Source: Schmidtea polychroa (taxonomy: Eukaryota). Taken from it: 64,000 bases of DNA. Position 1 is the first letter of the stretch. Each line of letters opens with the position of its first letter. The DNA lies in the NCBI GenBank assembly GCA_044892525.1, contig CM097885.1, positions 32,800,001-32,864,000 on the forward strand, read 5' to 3'. The notes beneath the pieces were generated by a model that was given only the letters and a program-made list of their open reading frames with translations, was not told the origin of the DNA and did no database searches. Of this stretch, positions 46,754-58,155 are shown piece by piece. Position numbers and translations under genes: made by a program.

Positions 46754-47560
46754 CTAAAACAAACTTTTCCATATTTCAGCTTCTTCTCTATCCAAATAAA
46801 TATAATTATATTTTTCTTTCCAATGATTATCAACAAACATATCAAACATATTCTTATCAGGTTCAACATTTGAAAATAAATCATTATAAATCATATTCTT
46901 ATCACGGCGATCTAATTTAAAAAATATAAAACAATTGGAATTATTTCTTATTGAATTTTTATCTAAAGCATAATATGTTTGAGATATATAAATAACATTA
47001 CAATTATTATGTCGACCTCGTGTAAAGTAACTCTTTTGAATCTCTTGATTTTTCATATTAACAACATCATCAAATATAACTAGATTCTTTTTATCTTTAG
47101 GAAGTAAATCACAATGTAAAACATCTTCAGGTTTATTAGAGAATAAAACTTGAATTGCCTCCTGCCCTTCTTCACAAATATAATCATTTTTATTACTAAT
47201 ATCTGATTCTAAAATCTTTTCCTTATACCAATCAACCATATCACAAGGTTGAAAAACTTCTTCAGGACACCTATGTTGATTTTTAAAAATATCAATTATT
47301 GCTTTTTTAGTTAATTTATTTTCAAATCCACATTTCAAAAGTTGTAATTCTGGTTGATTTATGGTTGTAGAATAAAAGATTAAATTATTATAATCTAAAA
47401 AATCATCTTCAAGTAACATTCTCAAAACAAGTACATTCTTTCCACATCCAGAAGAACCAACAATTAATAATCTAAAATTATCAGGAAATACTTTATTATT
47501 AAATTTACTCTTATGTCTATTTAAAATTGGTTTCCAAATTATTGGACTTCGTACATCCAT
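46754..47560 (-). CDS. A32/FtsK-like genome-packaging ATPase
   Basis: IVGSSGCGK, LVIFDD, FTRGRHNNCNVIYISQ; likely start ATG at 47560. Confidence 0.92.
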   Translation of the reverse strand: MDVRSPIIWKPILNRHKSKFNNKVFPDNFRLLIVGSSGCGKNVLVLRMLLEDDFLDYNNLIFYSTTINQPELQLLKCGFENKLTKKAIIDIFKNQHRCPEEVFQPCDMVDWYKEKILESDISNKNDYICEEGQEAIQVLFSNKPEDVLHCDLLPKDKKNLVIFDDVVNMKNQEIQKSYFTRGRHNNCNVIYISQTYYALDKNSIRNNSNCFIFFKLDRRDKNMIYNDLFSNVEPDKNMFDMFVDNHWKEKYNYIYLDREEAEIWKSLF

Positions 47561-47575
47561 TTTGTTTATTATAAA

Positions 47576-48154
47576 ATGACAACTGAAGAATCTTTGCAAG
47601 AATTAATAAATTCAAATAAAAATAAATCAGTAGTAATTGATGGTAAAAAATATTTTATTGGAAAACATGTAAAAGAACAAGTTAGAGCGAAGCTCCACGA
47701 AGCTAAAGAAGGTGGCATTCTTCCATTAGCTGCTTTAATACCTGCAATCATTGCTGGTTTATCAGGTGCTGCTGGAATAGCTGGAGGAATTGCAACTACA
47801 GTTCAAAAAGCTAAAGAATCTCAAAAGACAGACCTAGAAAAAGAAAAACTACAAACTGAAATCGATTCAATGAAGAAGGTAGGGCAAGCTAAAGGGGGAG
47901 TGTCCGTTGGAAAGGGTCTCTATCTTAATCCATATGAGGGGAGTCGGCAAAAGTCTCAGGGCAAAGGTCTCTATCTTGATCCTTATAAAGGTAGAGGTTT
48001 AAATGATTTTTTAAAAAATCAAATTTCTACATCTGAATCTTTATCTTCAAAAGATAAAGAAGATTTAAAAAAAATATGTAAATCTTTAAAGAATGGATGC
48101 CTTTGTAAAACTAAAAATGGTAAAGGATTATACTTGAAGCCCTTCGAACTATGA
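47576..48154 (+). CDS. Virion core protein with adenovirus pX-like hydrophobic segment
   Basis: KEGGILPLAALIPAIIAGLSGAAGIAG; three GKGLYL.P[YF] repeats. Confidence 0.7.
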   Translation: MTTEESLQELINSNKNKSVVIDGKKYFIGKHVKEQVRAKLHEAKEGGILPLAALIPAIIAGLSGAAGIAGGIATTVQKAKESQKTDLEKEKLQTEIDSMKKVGQAKGGVSVGKGLYLNPYEGSRQKSQGKGLYLDPYKGRGLNDFLKNQISTSESLSSKDKEDLKKICKSLKNGCLCKTKNGKGLYLKPFEL

Positions 48155-48176
48155 TACCATTTTTGATACCATTAAA

Positions 48177-49058
48177 ATGGTATATGAAGAAAGATTAGCA
48201 CTTTTAAAAAAATTACAATCAGAACAAGATAAATATAATAAAAAAAATACAACTCAACATGCTGAATCTATAATATTAAATGAGGTAATAACACAACAAC
48301 AGGGGCCAACAATTAAAGCTATAAAAGAGTTGGAAGATTTCAATGAGCAAGCAAAATTTAAAGAGTTAGAAGATAAAAAACAAAAAATAAAAGAACTAGA
48401 GTGGCAGGATAAAGAAAAAGAATCCAGTGAAAACCATCCTGAAAGAAATCAAAGAAAACGCAGAAGAATTTCTAATGTGGAAGAAGAAGAAATGTTTTTA
48501 AAAACAAAACCTCTTAAAGTTGATCCTAAAATTAGAGATGATTTACCTCCTTCAATTAGACCCACATTTAATACTAATACTGAAGGATATCAAATAATAA
48601 CAATTAATAAACAAAACTTTACTTTATATTCAAATTCAGAAAATAAATCACGTATTCATTCACAAAATGTTTATAATAATGAATATTTAGACTTTGAATT
48701 TACAGATGATTTTTATAGATTACTTTGTGGATATTCTTCAGATGATGTTGAAGAAATTAAAAAATATTTAAATTTAATAAGATTAATAAGAGCTAGTTCT
48801 AAAGCAAAATATATTCAAGATTTAAAGAATTATTTAAATAAAAATGAAAAGGGTTATGTTGTTACAGAGGGAGAGGGATTAATTAGTGAAGGTGGTAAAC
48901 CAAATCCCATCAATCTTTTTATTGAATTAAGAAAACTATTAGCTGCAAGGAAAGCAGGACATAATAATTTAGATTCTGATATTTTAAAGATTTCTAAAGA
49001 TTTGTTAAAACAAGGAATAATTTCAAAAGATAAATTTAATAAGTATACGAAGTTATAA
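48177..49058 (+). CDS. Hypothetical Maverick protein
   Basis: 293-aa ORF in the virion gene block; C-terminal GEGL...LRKLLAARKAGHNN. Confidence 0.7.
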   Translation: MVYEERLALLKKLQSEQDKYNKKNTTQHAESIILNEVITQQQGPTIKAIKELEDFNEQAKFKELEDKKQKIKELEWQDKEKESSENHPERNQRKRRRISNVEEEEMFLKTKPLKVDPKIRDDLPPSIRPTFNTNTEGYQIITINKQNFTLYSNSENKSRIHSQNVYNNEYLDFEFTDDFYRLLCGYSSDDVEEIKKYLNLIRLIRASSKAKYIQDLKNYLNKNEKGYVVTEGEGLISEGGKPNPINLFIELRKLLAARKAGHNNLDSDILKISKDLLKQGIISKDKFNKYTKL

Positions 49059-49080
49059 ATACGAAGTTTTAAAATACAAA

Positions 49081-49545
49081 ATGACTCCTTCAATATTAGA
49101 TTTTTTAAAAACATTTGGAATAAATGCAAAAACAAATTTTGATTTAAAAGATTATGCAAATTATTTAAATTTAAAAATTAAAATATTAATGAATGATGAA
49201 TTATCAAGTCTGGAGAGTCCCCTGAATATAATAATCAATTATCAAAATTCAAATGAAAAAGGATCTCATTGGGTTTGTATATATAAGAAATCTATCTACT
49301 TTGATTCTTTTGGGATTAAACCTACTAAAGAAGTTGAAGATTATCTCTTGAGGGGTTCTCCGATTGATTCCCCAAATGGTTATACTTTTAACTCTTTACA
49401 AGTTCAACCTTTGAATACTAAAATATGTGGTATTTTAAGTTTATATGTTTTGTATAGATTGAATAAGGAAGAGGGAAAGGGGCATACGCAAGATTTTGAA
49501 TCTATAATTCAAGAAATTTATAATGATCTAGAATCTCTACTATAA
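49081..49545 (+). CDS. Adenain-like cysteine maturation protease
   Basis: IIN...GSHWV, YFDSFG, Q...ICG catalytic residues. Confidence 0.92.
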   Translation: MTPSILDFLKTFGINAKTNFDLKDYANYLNLKIKILMNDELSSLESPLNIIINYQNSNEKGSHWVCIYKKSIYFDSFGIKPTKEVEDYLLRGSPIDSPNGYTFNSLQVQPLNTKICGILSLYVLYRLNKEEGKGHTQDFESIIQEIYNDLESLL

Positions 49546-49593
49546 GGATTTTTACTATAAGGATTTTTACTATATGAATTTACTACTAAAGAA

Positions 49594-50358
49594 ATGGAGC
49601 TTCACAACCCTCCGGAAGATAATTTAAAAAAAATGGTAAACATAATGTCAGATAAATATTCAAGAACTTTATCTATAAATTCAAAAGAATCAGAGTTTAC
49701 TATAAACTTTCAAGATTCAATTAAATTAGATCAAAATTTAAATTATGAATTGGGGCTATTATGGTTTTGTGCTTATAATACTATTTTTAATATAACTAAA
49801 GATAATAATAAATTTACTATTCAAACTCGTGATGGGCATAAATCAGAAATTATAACAATAGAACCTGGGGCATATGAGATAAAAGATTTAAATGATATAC
49901 TTTCTAAAAAAACAAATGAAGGTATTAAAATTAAAATGGATATACCAACTTCAAAATGTGTAATGACTTTGAAGAATATAAAAATTAGTTTTTTAGATAA
50001 TTGTTTCTTTCACACAGTTTTAGGATTTAAACCTATGGATATAACAATAAAAGAAGATAAAATAATAACATCAGAACATATTATAAAAATAATAAATACA
50101 AACACAATAAATATTCATTGCGATTGTATAACAGGTTCTTATAATAATGGTAAACAAACAAATGTTTTATATTCCTTTCCCTCAAACACAGTTCCTATGG
50201 GATATAAAATAGTTGAAAGAATGAATCCTCCAAATTATTTACCTTTATGTAGAAAATATATAATGGATATTAATTTTAAAATTCTTAATCAAGATGGAGA
50301 ATTGATTGATTTTAATGGAGAAGAGATTTCAATGTATTTACATTTGAAACAGGTTTGA
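49594..50358 (+). CDS. Minor capsid protein (penton-like single jelly roll)
   Basis: ITIEPGAYEI, INIHCDCITGSY.NG...VLYSF, ILNQDGELIDFNGE. Confidence 0.85.
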   Translation: MELHNPPEDNLKKMVNIMSDKYSRTLSINSKESEFTINFQDSIKLDQNLNYELGLLWFCAYNTIFNITKDNNKFTIQTRDGHKSEIITIEPGAYEIKDLNDILSKKTNEGIKIKMDIPTSKCVMTLKNIKISFLDNCFFHTVLGFKPMDITIKEDKIITSEHIIKIINTNTINIHCDCITGSYNNGKQTNVLYSFPSNTVPMGYKIVERMNPPNYLPLCRKYIMDINFKILNQDGELIDFNGEEISMYLHLKQV

Positions 50359-50382
50359 AGATTCATTTTAAATTATTAATAA

Positions 50383-51393
50383 ATGAGTTCTTATATTCCA
50401 TGTAATAGAGGTGGTGGAACAATAAAAACAGGGTTTAATACAGAAGAAATATTAACTTTAACAGAAAATAAATATATTAATGAAAGAGGTGATTCAATGA
50501 AGGGTGATTTAATTTTAAATGGACACAAGATAAAAGAATTATCTTTTCCAACTGATGAAGCTGATGCAGTTAATAAGAAATATGTAGATGGTGTTAAAAA
50601 ATATACTGATTTAACAACAACAAGAATTGAAAGTTCATTAACAACAAAAATTGATTCAATGGAATCAAAGCTTAATAATATCGAACAACGATTTAATGAT
50701 AAATTTGACAAGTTACAAAGTCTGTTAACTGAACAAGTTGTAAAGTTAAATACTGCTATATTAAATTCTAAAGATAAACAAATTATGAATACTAAATTTA
50801 ATACAATATATAAAATAATAAATGAGATGATTACATCATTTAATAAAAGAATTTCAAATTTAGAGTCTCATGGAACACACATTAACACCACACATAGTAT
50901 TAGAAAAAGAGCTGCTGAATTAGAACAGAATAAAACATTATTACCCCATACATATAAACATTTTATAGAACCAAGTTTAATAACAACAAACAGTAAAGAA
51001 TGGGGTGTTTTTATGGTTGTAAAAATTATTGATCCTTATTTCTTTTTGTTTGATGATGATAATGAAAGAATGAAATGGTTTGTGAAATGTGATTATAATA
51101 GTAAGCTTGAAAAGGGTGATGTTATAATGACTAGTTATGATTTACCACACGGAGATTGGTATGTTAATACTCATTCACATGGACTACATAAAGTTAAAAG
51201 TAAGAATATTCATTTTTCTAGTTCACTTGTACAATATATAGATTTAATATTTTATGAAAAAAAGGTTGATGTTGATGAAGTTCGTAAAGCATTGAGAGAA
51301 TTGTATAAAGATATCCTCTCAACAAGAGTTTCTTTTGATATCCGAGTATTGGTGCCAGATGGTGCTCAGAAGAATAAAGTCTTATTTTTTTAA
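50383..51393 (+). CDS. Putative fibre/spike protein
   Basis: GDSMKGDLILNGHKIKELSFPTDEADAVNKKYVD fibre-type repeat, coiled coil, globular C-terminus; lies directly after the penton gene. Confidence 0.6.
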   Translation: MSSYIPCNRGGGTIKTGFNTEEILTLTENKYINERGDSMKGDLILNGHKIKELSFPTDEADAVNKKYVDGVKKYTDLTTTRIESSLTTKIDSMESKLNNIEQRFNDKFDKLQSLLTEQVVKLNTAILNSKDKQIMNTKFNTIYKIINEMITSFNKRISNLESHGTHINTTHSIRKRAAELEQNKTLLPHTYKHFIEPSLITTNSKEWGVFMVVKIIDPYFFLFDDDNERMKWFVKCDYNSKLEKGDVIMTSYDLPHGDWYVNTHSHGLHKVKSKNIHFSSSLVQYIDLIFYEKKVDVDEVRKALRELYKDILSTRVSFDIRVLVPDGAQKNKVLFF

Positions 51394-51401
51394 TTATTAA
51401 A

Positions 51402-51998
51402 ATGGAAGAAGTAAGAGAAGAAAAATTTTACCCAGAATTGAGATCATCAGGATATTATTCTTCCAAGGCCTCGGCTCCCACAGAACTTGAAATTATGAGA
51501 GTAAAAGAATTTAAATCAGAAACCTTACATTTACAAGATTTATTAAAGCATTATAAAAAAATTAAAAATAGATGGAATAAAGGGAATACAGTTTTAAAAG
51601 TTATAGGTTATTCTTTAGGATTTGCATCTGCAATATTAACAGTTATTTTACCCATAACTTTACCAGTTGTTACTCTTGCACCTGTAATACTTGGAAGTAT
51701 TTCTGTGGCTGATGGTTTCTTAACTGAAATAGTTTCATTATCTTATACTTCTAAAAAGAAAAGTTTATATAGAGAAGTTTGTTTATCAATAGAATTAGGA
51801 ATCTCTAAATTATTTTTATTTCAATTAAAAGCTTTGGAAGATGGAATCCTGACAGACGAAGAAATAATGAAATCAAATCAAATAATACAAGATATAAAGA
51901 ATGAGGTTATAAGATTAAAAAGGGAGGGCATGGTGGCTAATGTTATAAGTAATAAAAAAACATCTCGAGAAAAATGGTTAAAGAATTCTTACTTATAA
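51402..51998 (+). CDS. Membrane protein with hydrophobic hairpin
   Basis: VIGYSLGFASAILTVILPITLPVVTLAPVILGSISVA; KALEDGILTDEE. Confidence 0.7.
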   Translation: MEEVREEKFYPELRSSGYYSSKASAPTELEIMRVKEFKSETLHLQDLLKHYKKIKNRWNKGNTVLKVIGYSLGFASAILTVILPITLPVVTLAPVILGSISVADGFLTEIVSLSYTSKKKSLYREVCLSIELGISKLFLFQLKALEDGILTDEEIMKSNQIIQDIKNEVIRLKREGMVANVISNKKTSREKWLKNSYL

Positions 51999-52092
51999 AA
52001 TGGGTGTATTTTTAAAAAAGTAGATCAGGTTGCTATAGTTGCTTAAATTAATTGTCGACATTTTATTATTAAAAAATTAAATATCGTTGGTT

Positions 52093-55000
52093 TCAGTTAT
52101 GGTTGAAAGCCAACCTATGAATCATTAATTTATGATCTTTAAATTCTTTATCACTTAGACCTTTTATATATTCAGGATCAGTATTAAAATATTTAAGTTC
52201 TAAACATATAGGATTAAAAACTTGAGAATATAAAGGTTTCTCGATTTCTCTCTCGGGATAAATAATTTCAACATTATAAATATCAAGATCAGTAATCTTT
52301 GTATCATATAACTTATTCAACTTTTCTAGATTTTTTATTATAGGGATTAAATTATTTCCAATAGGTAGAGTTGTCTTTAAATCACTTAGTATGAATCTCT
52401 TATCATCATAATTTGATAATGATACTTTTTGAGATTCTATCAAGTGAATATCATGGTTTTCACTTTTAAGTTGATGTATTTCATCAATTTTATCTTTATG
52501 ATTTGGATTTAATGTATCTATATAATCTTGATGAGAAAGATTCTTTGCCACCACTCTCTGTATTCCTTTACATCTGTTATCCTTTACAGGTTTTTCTTCT
52601 TTAGGAAATATAGGATATCTATGTGTAATGGTTTCTTCTGTTTCTGGAGTTTTAAATATAAATGATCTAGTTATAAATTCAGGGTTTCTAAATGTTTCGT
52701 ATGAATATTGTTTAGCACGAATAAATATTCCATTTTCTATAGGAGTAAAAGGTTTTTCATCTTTAAACGAAAATAGTTCTCCAGATGAATTTATTAAATT
52801 TGAAAGTATAGGATTTTCTTTCATATCTTTTTGTAAATCATGAGTTCTTATTGTTAAAAACATTGAATCTGTATCCATTGCATGCATTGATATATTTGCT
52901 CCGTATATAGGTTGTAAGATGTTATAATATGTTTCATACATTTGTAATTTTGAAAGTTCTAAAATTGTAAACCCTATAAATATTGGTTTGTTATATGTTT
53001 TCTCATAATTTTTTAATTCTACTGCAGTAAGATTTTCAGAAAATACTTGTGCGTTTTTAAATGTAGGCTTTCCTAGCATGCGATTATAACGCTTAATATC
53101 TTTGGTAGTATTTGTTAGGAGTTCAATATGAGTATATTTATCAACATTCTCCATTGTTTTCCCAAAGACTGAATTGTTTAAAATTTTATAATTATTATCT
53201 TTAAAAAGATTACCTTCTCTTTTTGCAATGTTTCGGCGCCTAATGTTCTCCTCGATAAAAGCTTTCATGAATGGAGCTTGTTTAAATCTTATGACACTAT
53301 GAACTTTTTTTAATATCATTCCTCGTGAAAGATAAAATTGGAGGAGTCTATAGTGACAAAGATAAAACCTTCGATCTGTTTGATCACAAAGAAGTTTCAT
53401 TGTTGGAAGTTTATCTTGTGAGATTTGCCATTCAGAAAGTTCGTTGATATCAATCTTTCTTCTTATGGGAGCTAAAGGAAAATATCTTGTTCCTGATTTT
53501 ATATCATCTGGATAGTCGAGGTCGCATTCTATAAAGTAACCTATTGGAGAATCTTTCGATGTTGAAAGTATTTCTTTCATAAGGTCATCTGTTGGATTCT
53601 CTATTTCAGTGAAATCACCCATTGGTAAAAATTGAGTCATAATTCCTGAATATAAAGCTGTTGCATCTATATAAAGTATAAATATAGGATTTTTCATTGT
53701 TTCTAATAATTCTTTTAATTCCTCATTGTTAATTTTCATATATGGATCATCAGGGTGTTTAGATAGCCTTCGGCTAGTAGTTATTGCATTTCTAGCTTTT
53801 ATTTCTCTATTCCCCATTACTGAAGAGACTCCTCCTCTAATGTTTGTTTTAATTTGGTTAAACATATCGAGGTTAGTTAAAAGATCTATAATTTTATCAG
53901 CATCTTCTATATTTGAAGTCCAAATGGTATATAACATAGTATCCCAAGCTAAAGAGGGTGCAGTTATATAATTATAAGGTTTAAGAACAAAAGAGTTTGT
54001 AAATTCTTCAAAGCAATCTGCTAGAATATAAACATACAAGGATAAATGCATACTTGTATATTCTCCTAAAGTTTTACACTTGAATAATTCCCACATTTTA
54101 TTTGCTCGAGAATATTCTTGATTTGTAATATGATTTTTTTGAAGTTGTGAATAGAAATCTTCTTGGCTAGGAAGGCTTGTTTCATTATATCTTTCAAACG
54201 AGTCAACATAGTCATAAGGATATATTCCTTTTGCTAAACATGTAGGATATTCTTCTAGAGGAATATTATTTTTTTCCAAGAATTCTCGAGTGATTTTAAA
54301 ATTTTCTGGTTTCATTGTTTTTGCTACTGCATCTAAAGACATTTGGAGAAAGTTTAACGAGTCTATAAATTTTAATTTTCCATATTCAATTGATTTATAT
54401 TTTTCCTTTGTTAAGCCGATAACTTTGAAAGAGTTTTTAGCATTTGCTGCGAGGTGTTTAATAAATAGATGTATGTCATATCCAAAAAGATTATGAAATA
54501 TAACAGGTATAAATTTAGGAGTATGGCAATTAAGATTGCAATTTTTATGAGCTGCTCCTCGATAATTATTTTCCTTTTTTAAATGATCATGATCTATAAC
54601 TTTTTCATCAGGAAGAATATTCTGTTTACACATCCAACAGTTGGAAGTATTTTCATATTCTTGTTGTTGTTGATTAGAAATATTTTGAGGATACTTTGTT
54701 TTTAATATTTTAAATATTTCATGTTCTAGATCATTTATATTTTTAGTAAAATGATTCAAGACTTCTTCAGGGGTACCTCCTAGAATTGAATATTCTCTAG
54801 ATTCTATGAGTTCAGGATAATTACTTTTAAATAATAATTTATAAGCAGATGGTAATTGTTTAGTTTTTTTAACACTATTAGGTTTATTTCTTTTTCTTAG
54901 AAAGGCTTTCATCCTCTCTGGTTTCATCTTCTCTCCTGAGGAGTTCCATAAATCCATGAGTTTATTTTTTTCTATTATTTTTAAATATTGATAAACCAAA

Positions 55001-56048
55001 TCTTGTTTATGGTTTATAGATATAAGTCACCATAAAGAACTCCAACTGTTTGTAGTAAATTTGAAAAGTTTTTATATGGTTTATAGATATAAGTCACCAT
55101 AAAGAACTCCAACTGTTTGTAGTAAATTTGAAAAGTTTTTAAAATACATCTTGGGATTATTAGGCATTTTAATTAAAGCTGGATCATCTTTTTCACAAAA
55201 TCTTGTATGTTTAATCATAGAGTTTTTAGTTGTTGAATAATGAAGACATCTTTTACATGTTCCTTCTCCACTAGTTGGATTCTCTGGTGATGTAAAAGCT
55301 TGAAAGTTTTTTATTAAAACATAATGTTGATTATTTTGTTGTTCCAAGATTAAAAGATATATCTCGTTGTCCTGTGCTCCGTTATCCTTGGTTCCACTAT
55401 CTGAAATATAAATTGGAATAATTTCTTTCCCTATAACATGTTCATAAATATTAAGTTTAAGATTATTTAATTTTTCAAATTCTGGAATGTCTTCTAGTTT
55501 CATTGGGTGTTTGAATCCTTTGGGAAATATTAATTCATTTTCATATTGTTTGTATTTTGAAACTCTTTGGGGATTTGTTGCTTGAGGATGTAAATGTGCA
55601 AGTATTGACCAGATGAAACATTTGTTATCATTATTCTGTACATTTATAACATTTTTAGATTTAAAGGGTGTAGGAATATAAGATTTAGGATTGGGAGGTA
55701 ATCCTCTCCAATAATCAATCACTAAAGTTTGGAAAGAGTTGAATACTAAGTTTGAATCTCCTAATTCATTTTCTACTTCCTCTTGTTTTGCTTCTGCTGC
55801 TTGAATTATTTCTTTGATGGTTTTATCAAATCCATTAGTTGAAAATAAATATTTAAAGAGTATTCCAATTTCAACATCTAAAGGTGTTGTCTTTTCTTCT
55901 GCTCCTCGCCAGTATTTTGCTTTGATTATAATTTTATATTTTATAACATTATACCTTGTCGGTTTATAATTTTTTAAAGCTTCAGTGAAAGAATTTTTAA
56001 TATTTTTTTTATTTTTATTTATATATTCTCCAGGAGTTGCAGGCCCAT
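52093..56048 (-). pseudogene. Protein-primed family B DNA polymerase (OTU-like and endonuclease VII-like domains), disrupted
   Basis: DNKCFIWSIL...HYVLI; CWMC...DHDH...RGAAHKNCN; FHNL.GYD; KGIYPY; YIDATALY; KILNNSVFGK; DTDS. Broken at ~55000-55140 and upstream of 55722. Confidence 0.92.
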
Positions 56049-56121
56049 TAATTTTTAATTGAAATTCATCTATATGATTAAAATTATCCCAGTTATATTT
56101 TTATATTATTCATTTTTTATA

Positions 56122-57066
56122 ATAAAAATTAAAAAAATGACAAAAATTCAAACCTTGATGGCGCAGTGGAATAGACTGGCACAGTGGTTCAAATGGATAG
56201 TGGTTCAAATCACATCTGAGGTTAGTTTTTTTTCAACATAAAATAATATTAAAAATTTGAAAATAATATTGAAAATAGTGTGGGTATCTTATATTTATAA
56301 AGTACTTGTATATTTTATTTTATTTATTTTATTTTATTTTATTTTTTTATTAATTAATTATTTTTTAAACATAAATATGAAAAAAAAAATATTGAAACGG
56401 GTGATGGTGGCGAACCGGTAATTATCGCCACCTGTCTTTCGAACACCCCCGGATCGATTCTTTAATGTGCACATTTATTTCTCAGTTGTTTTCGGACCTC
56501 TTTCGAATTCGCTTTCGAATTCATTTGTACTTTCGAGCAGCACACTTAAAACGCCGATGAAATCGTATTCGAGCGAGAAGCGAATAATAAGGTGTGCTGC
56601 TATTATCGGATTGATTCTGATGTATGAGTCTGGCCAGCTTGTATATTGGAAGAGATTCGATAAACGAAAGAGGTTGATAAATAAAAAAAATGATCCGGAT
56701 CAAAAAAAACTGTTGAGGGGACAGTGAAAAAAAAAAAATACCACTGTCCCCTCAGAGCAGTTTTACTATTTTTCATTTATTTTTTAATTTATATAATTTA
56801 AAATCAATAATCTGATAAAGATCAAATAGCCCTCTAACTTTTTCATAATGCCATTTTCTTTTCTATTCTCTTTTTAGTTTGAAGCTTTTGAGTTTGAGGC
56901 TTTAAAGATTAAAACAGTTAGAGTCATTAAGGGTGGTTGTTTTCAAAATATAGGGTTAAAATACTATAAAAGTATAAGTTTTAGGTTGTTTTTCTAATAG
57001 CTTAAGTGATTTGGAGGCATGTTTTTGTTGGGGGGCTGTTTTGGTTGGGTATATAACCACACTACT
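56122..57066 (-). repeat. Right TIR
   Basis: Reverse complement of the left TIR. Confidence 0.92.
56151..56233 (+). ncRNA. Putative Pol III small RNA, copy 4 (right TIR)
   Basis: AACCTTGA-TGGCGCAGTGG-...-GGTTCAAATC-ACATCTGAGGTT-AG-T8. Confidence 0.6.
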
Positions 57067-57799
57067 TTCGTATCCCTCAAAAAATATTATCATTTTTAAA
57101 ATTTGCAATTTATTTATTCATTGTCATTCAACAAAATAGTCATTATTTTTATGCAAAAAAAATTATTAAAAAAAATTAAGAAAAATTGAATATTTCCACG
57201 TTAAATTATTATCTCTTGATATAATAAATTATAAATATTATTAATTTAAAAATAAAATTAATTAATGCAAAGCCTATTTCAAAAGAATTAAGATAAAAAA
57301 GAAACAGTTAAATGTAATTACAGCGTAGCGAAAAGGCATTGCTAAAAACAATCAAAACTAATTTGAACGAAAATAATATGTTAAATCTGGATTTAACATT
57401 TAATATTTAGAAATTTAAGATAAATTAAAAATTATTTGATAAAACAACATTTATATTTCAAAGACATTATTATCCATAATAAATCTGTAAGTTTTTTTGA
57501 AAATGAAAAATCAAAAAGAAATTCATTTTTAAATGTTTTATAATTTTATATTATTTGATCTTCATTTTTGACAATATAATTGTTTTATTTAATCTGTGTA
57601 AAATTGAAATTACATTATTATTTATAAAAAAATATTGAAAAATATTATAAGAACTTTTTTTTTCAAATTTCACCACTGATTTCTTTTCCATTGACATTGT
57701 ATTTATTAAAAAGCTTGACTATGAATCAGTAAATATATCGATGTTCACGAATTTTCGACACTGCCTTTATTTCGGTAAAAGATATTTTACTAAGATTTT

Positions 57800-58155
57800 G
57801 CATAGAGTAAACAGAATTCATTTCTTCTTTTTCATATTCATTGCTGAGAAAATAAAATGTTTCCAGTAAAACCATAGTAACATCGACAATGATCATCAAC
57901 CGGGATTTTTGCTGGATCTGGAGTATCAGTATCAGAAACTAAATCAAGACAACAAACAAGAATTAGTCCAACTAATACTGAGTGAAGGACTTGATCTAAA
58001 TCTGCATTATCGACGCTGTTGACATAAATTAACTTCCATTCCAAATCATCTTCTAAGCTTTCAAGACATTCGAATGTAACTTTAAATTTAAATTTGGAAG
58101 AAAATTTGGCTGGATTTTCCAGAACTTCAACATTGCTTATACTAATTTTAGCCAT
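57800..58155 (-). pseudogene. ASF1: Histone chaperone ASF1 pseudogene (truncated, frameshifted)
   Basis: MAKISISNVEVLENPAKF...FKVTFECLESLEDDLEWKLIYV.S....DQVL.SVLVG...PDPAKIP. Confidence 0.88.

Larger units (their letters stand above)
42421..57066. mobile_element. Full-length Maverick/Polinton (adintovirus-like endogenous virus), 14,646 bp
   Basis: AGTAGT...ACTACT termini; perfect 6-bp TSD TTCGTA (42415-42420 and 57067-57072); near-identical ~950-bp TIRs; pPolB, integrase, ATPase, protease, major and minor capsid genes. Confidence 0.97.

Noticed and set aside
56151..56233. Canonical tRNA gene (GCA, Cys)
   Set aside because: A and B boxes are present, but I could not fold a proper D arm, anticodon arm and T arm; kept as a Pol III ncRNA candidate.
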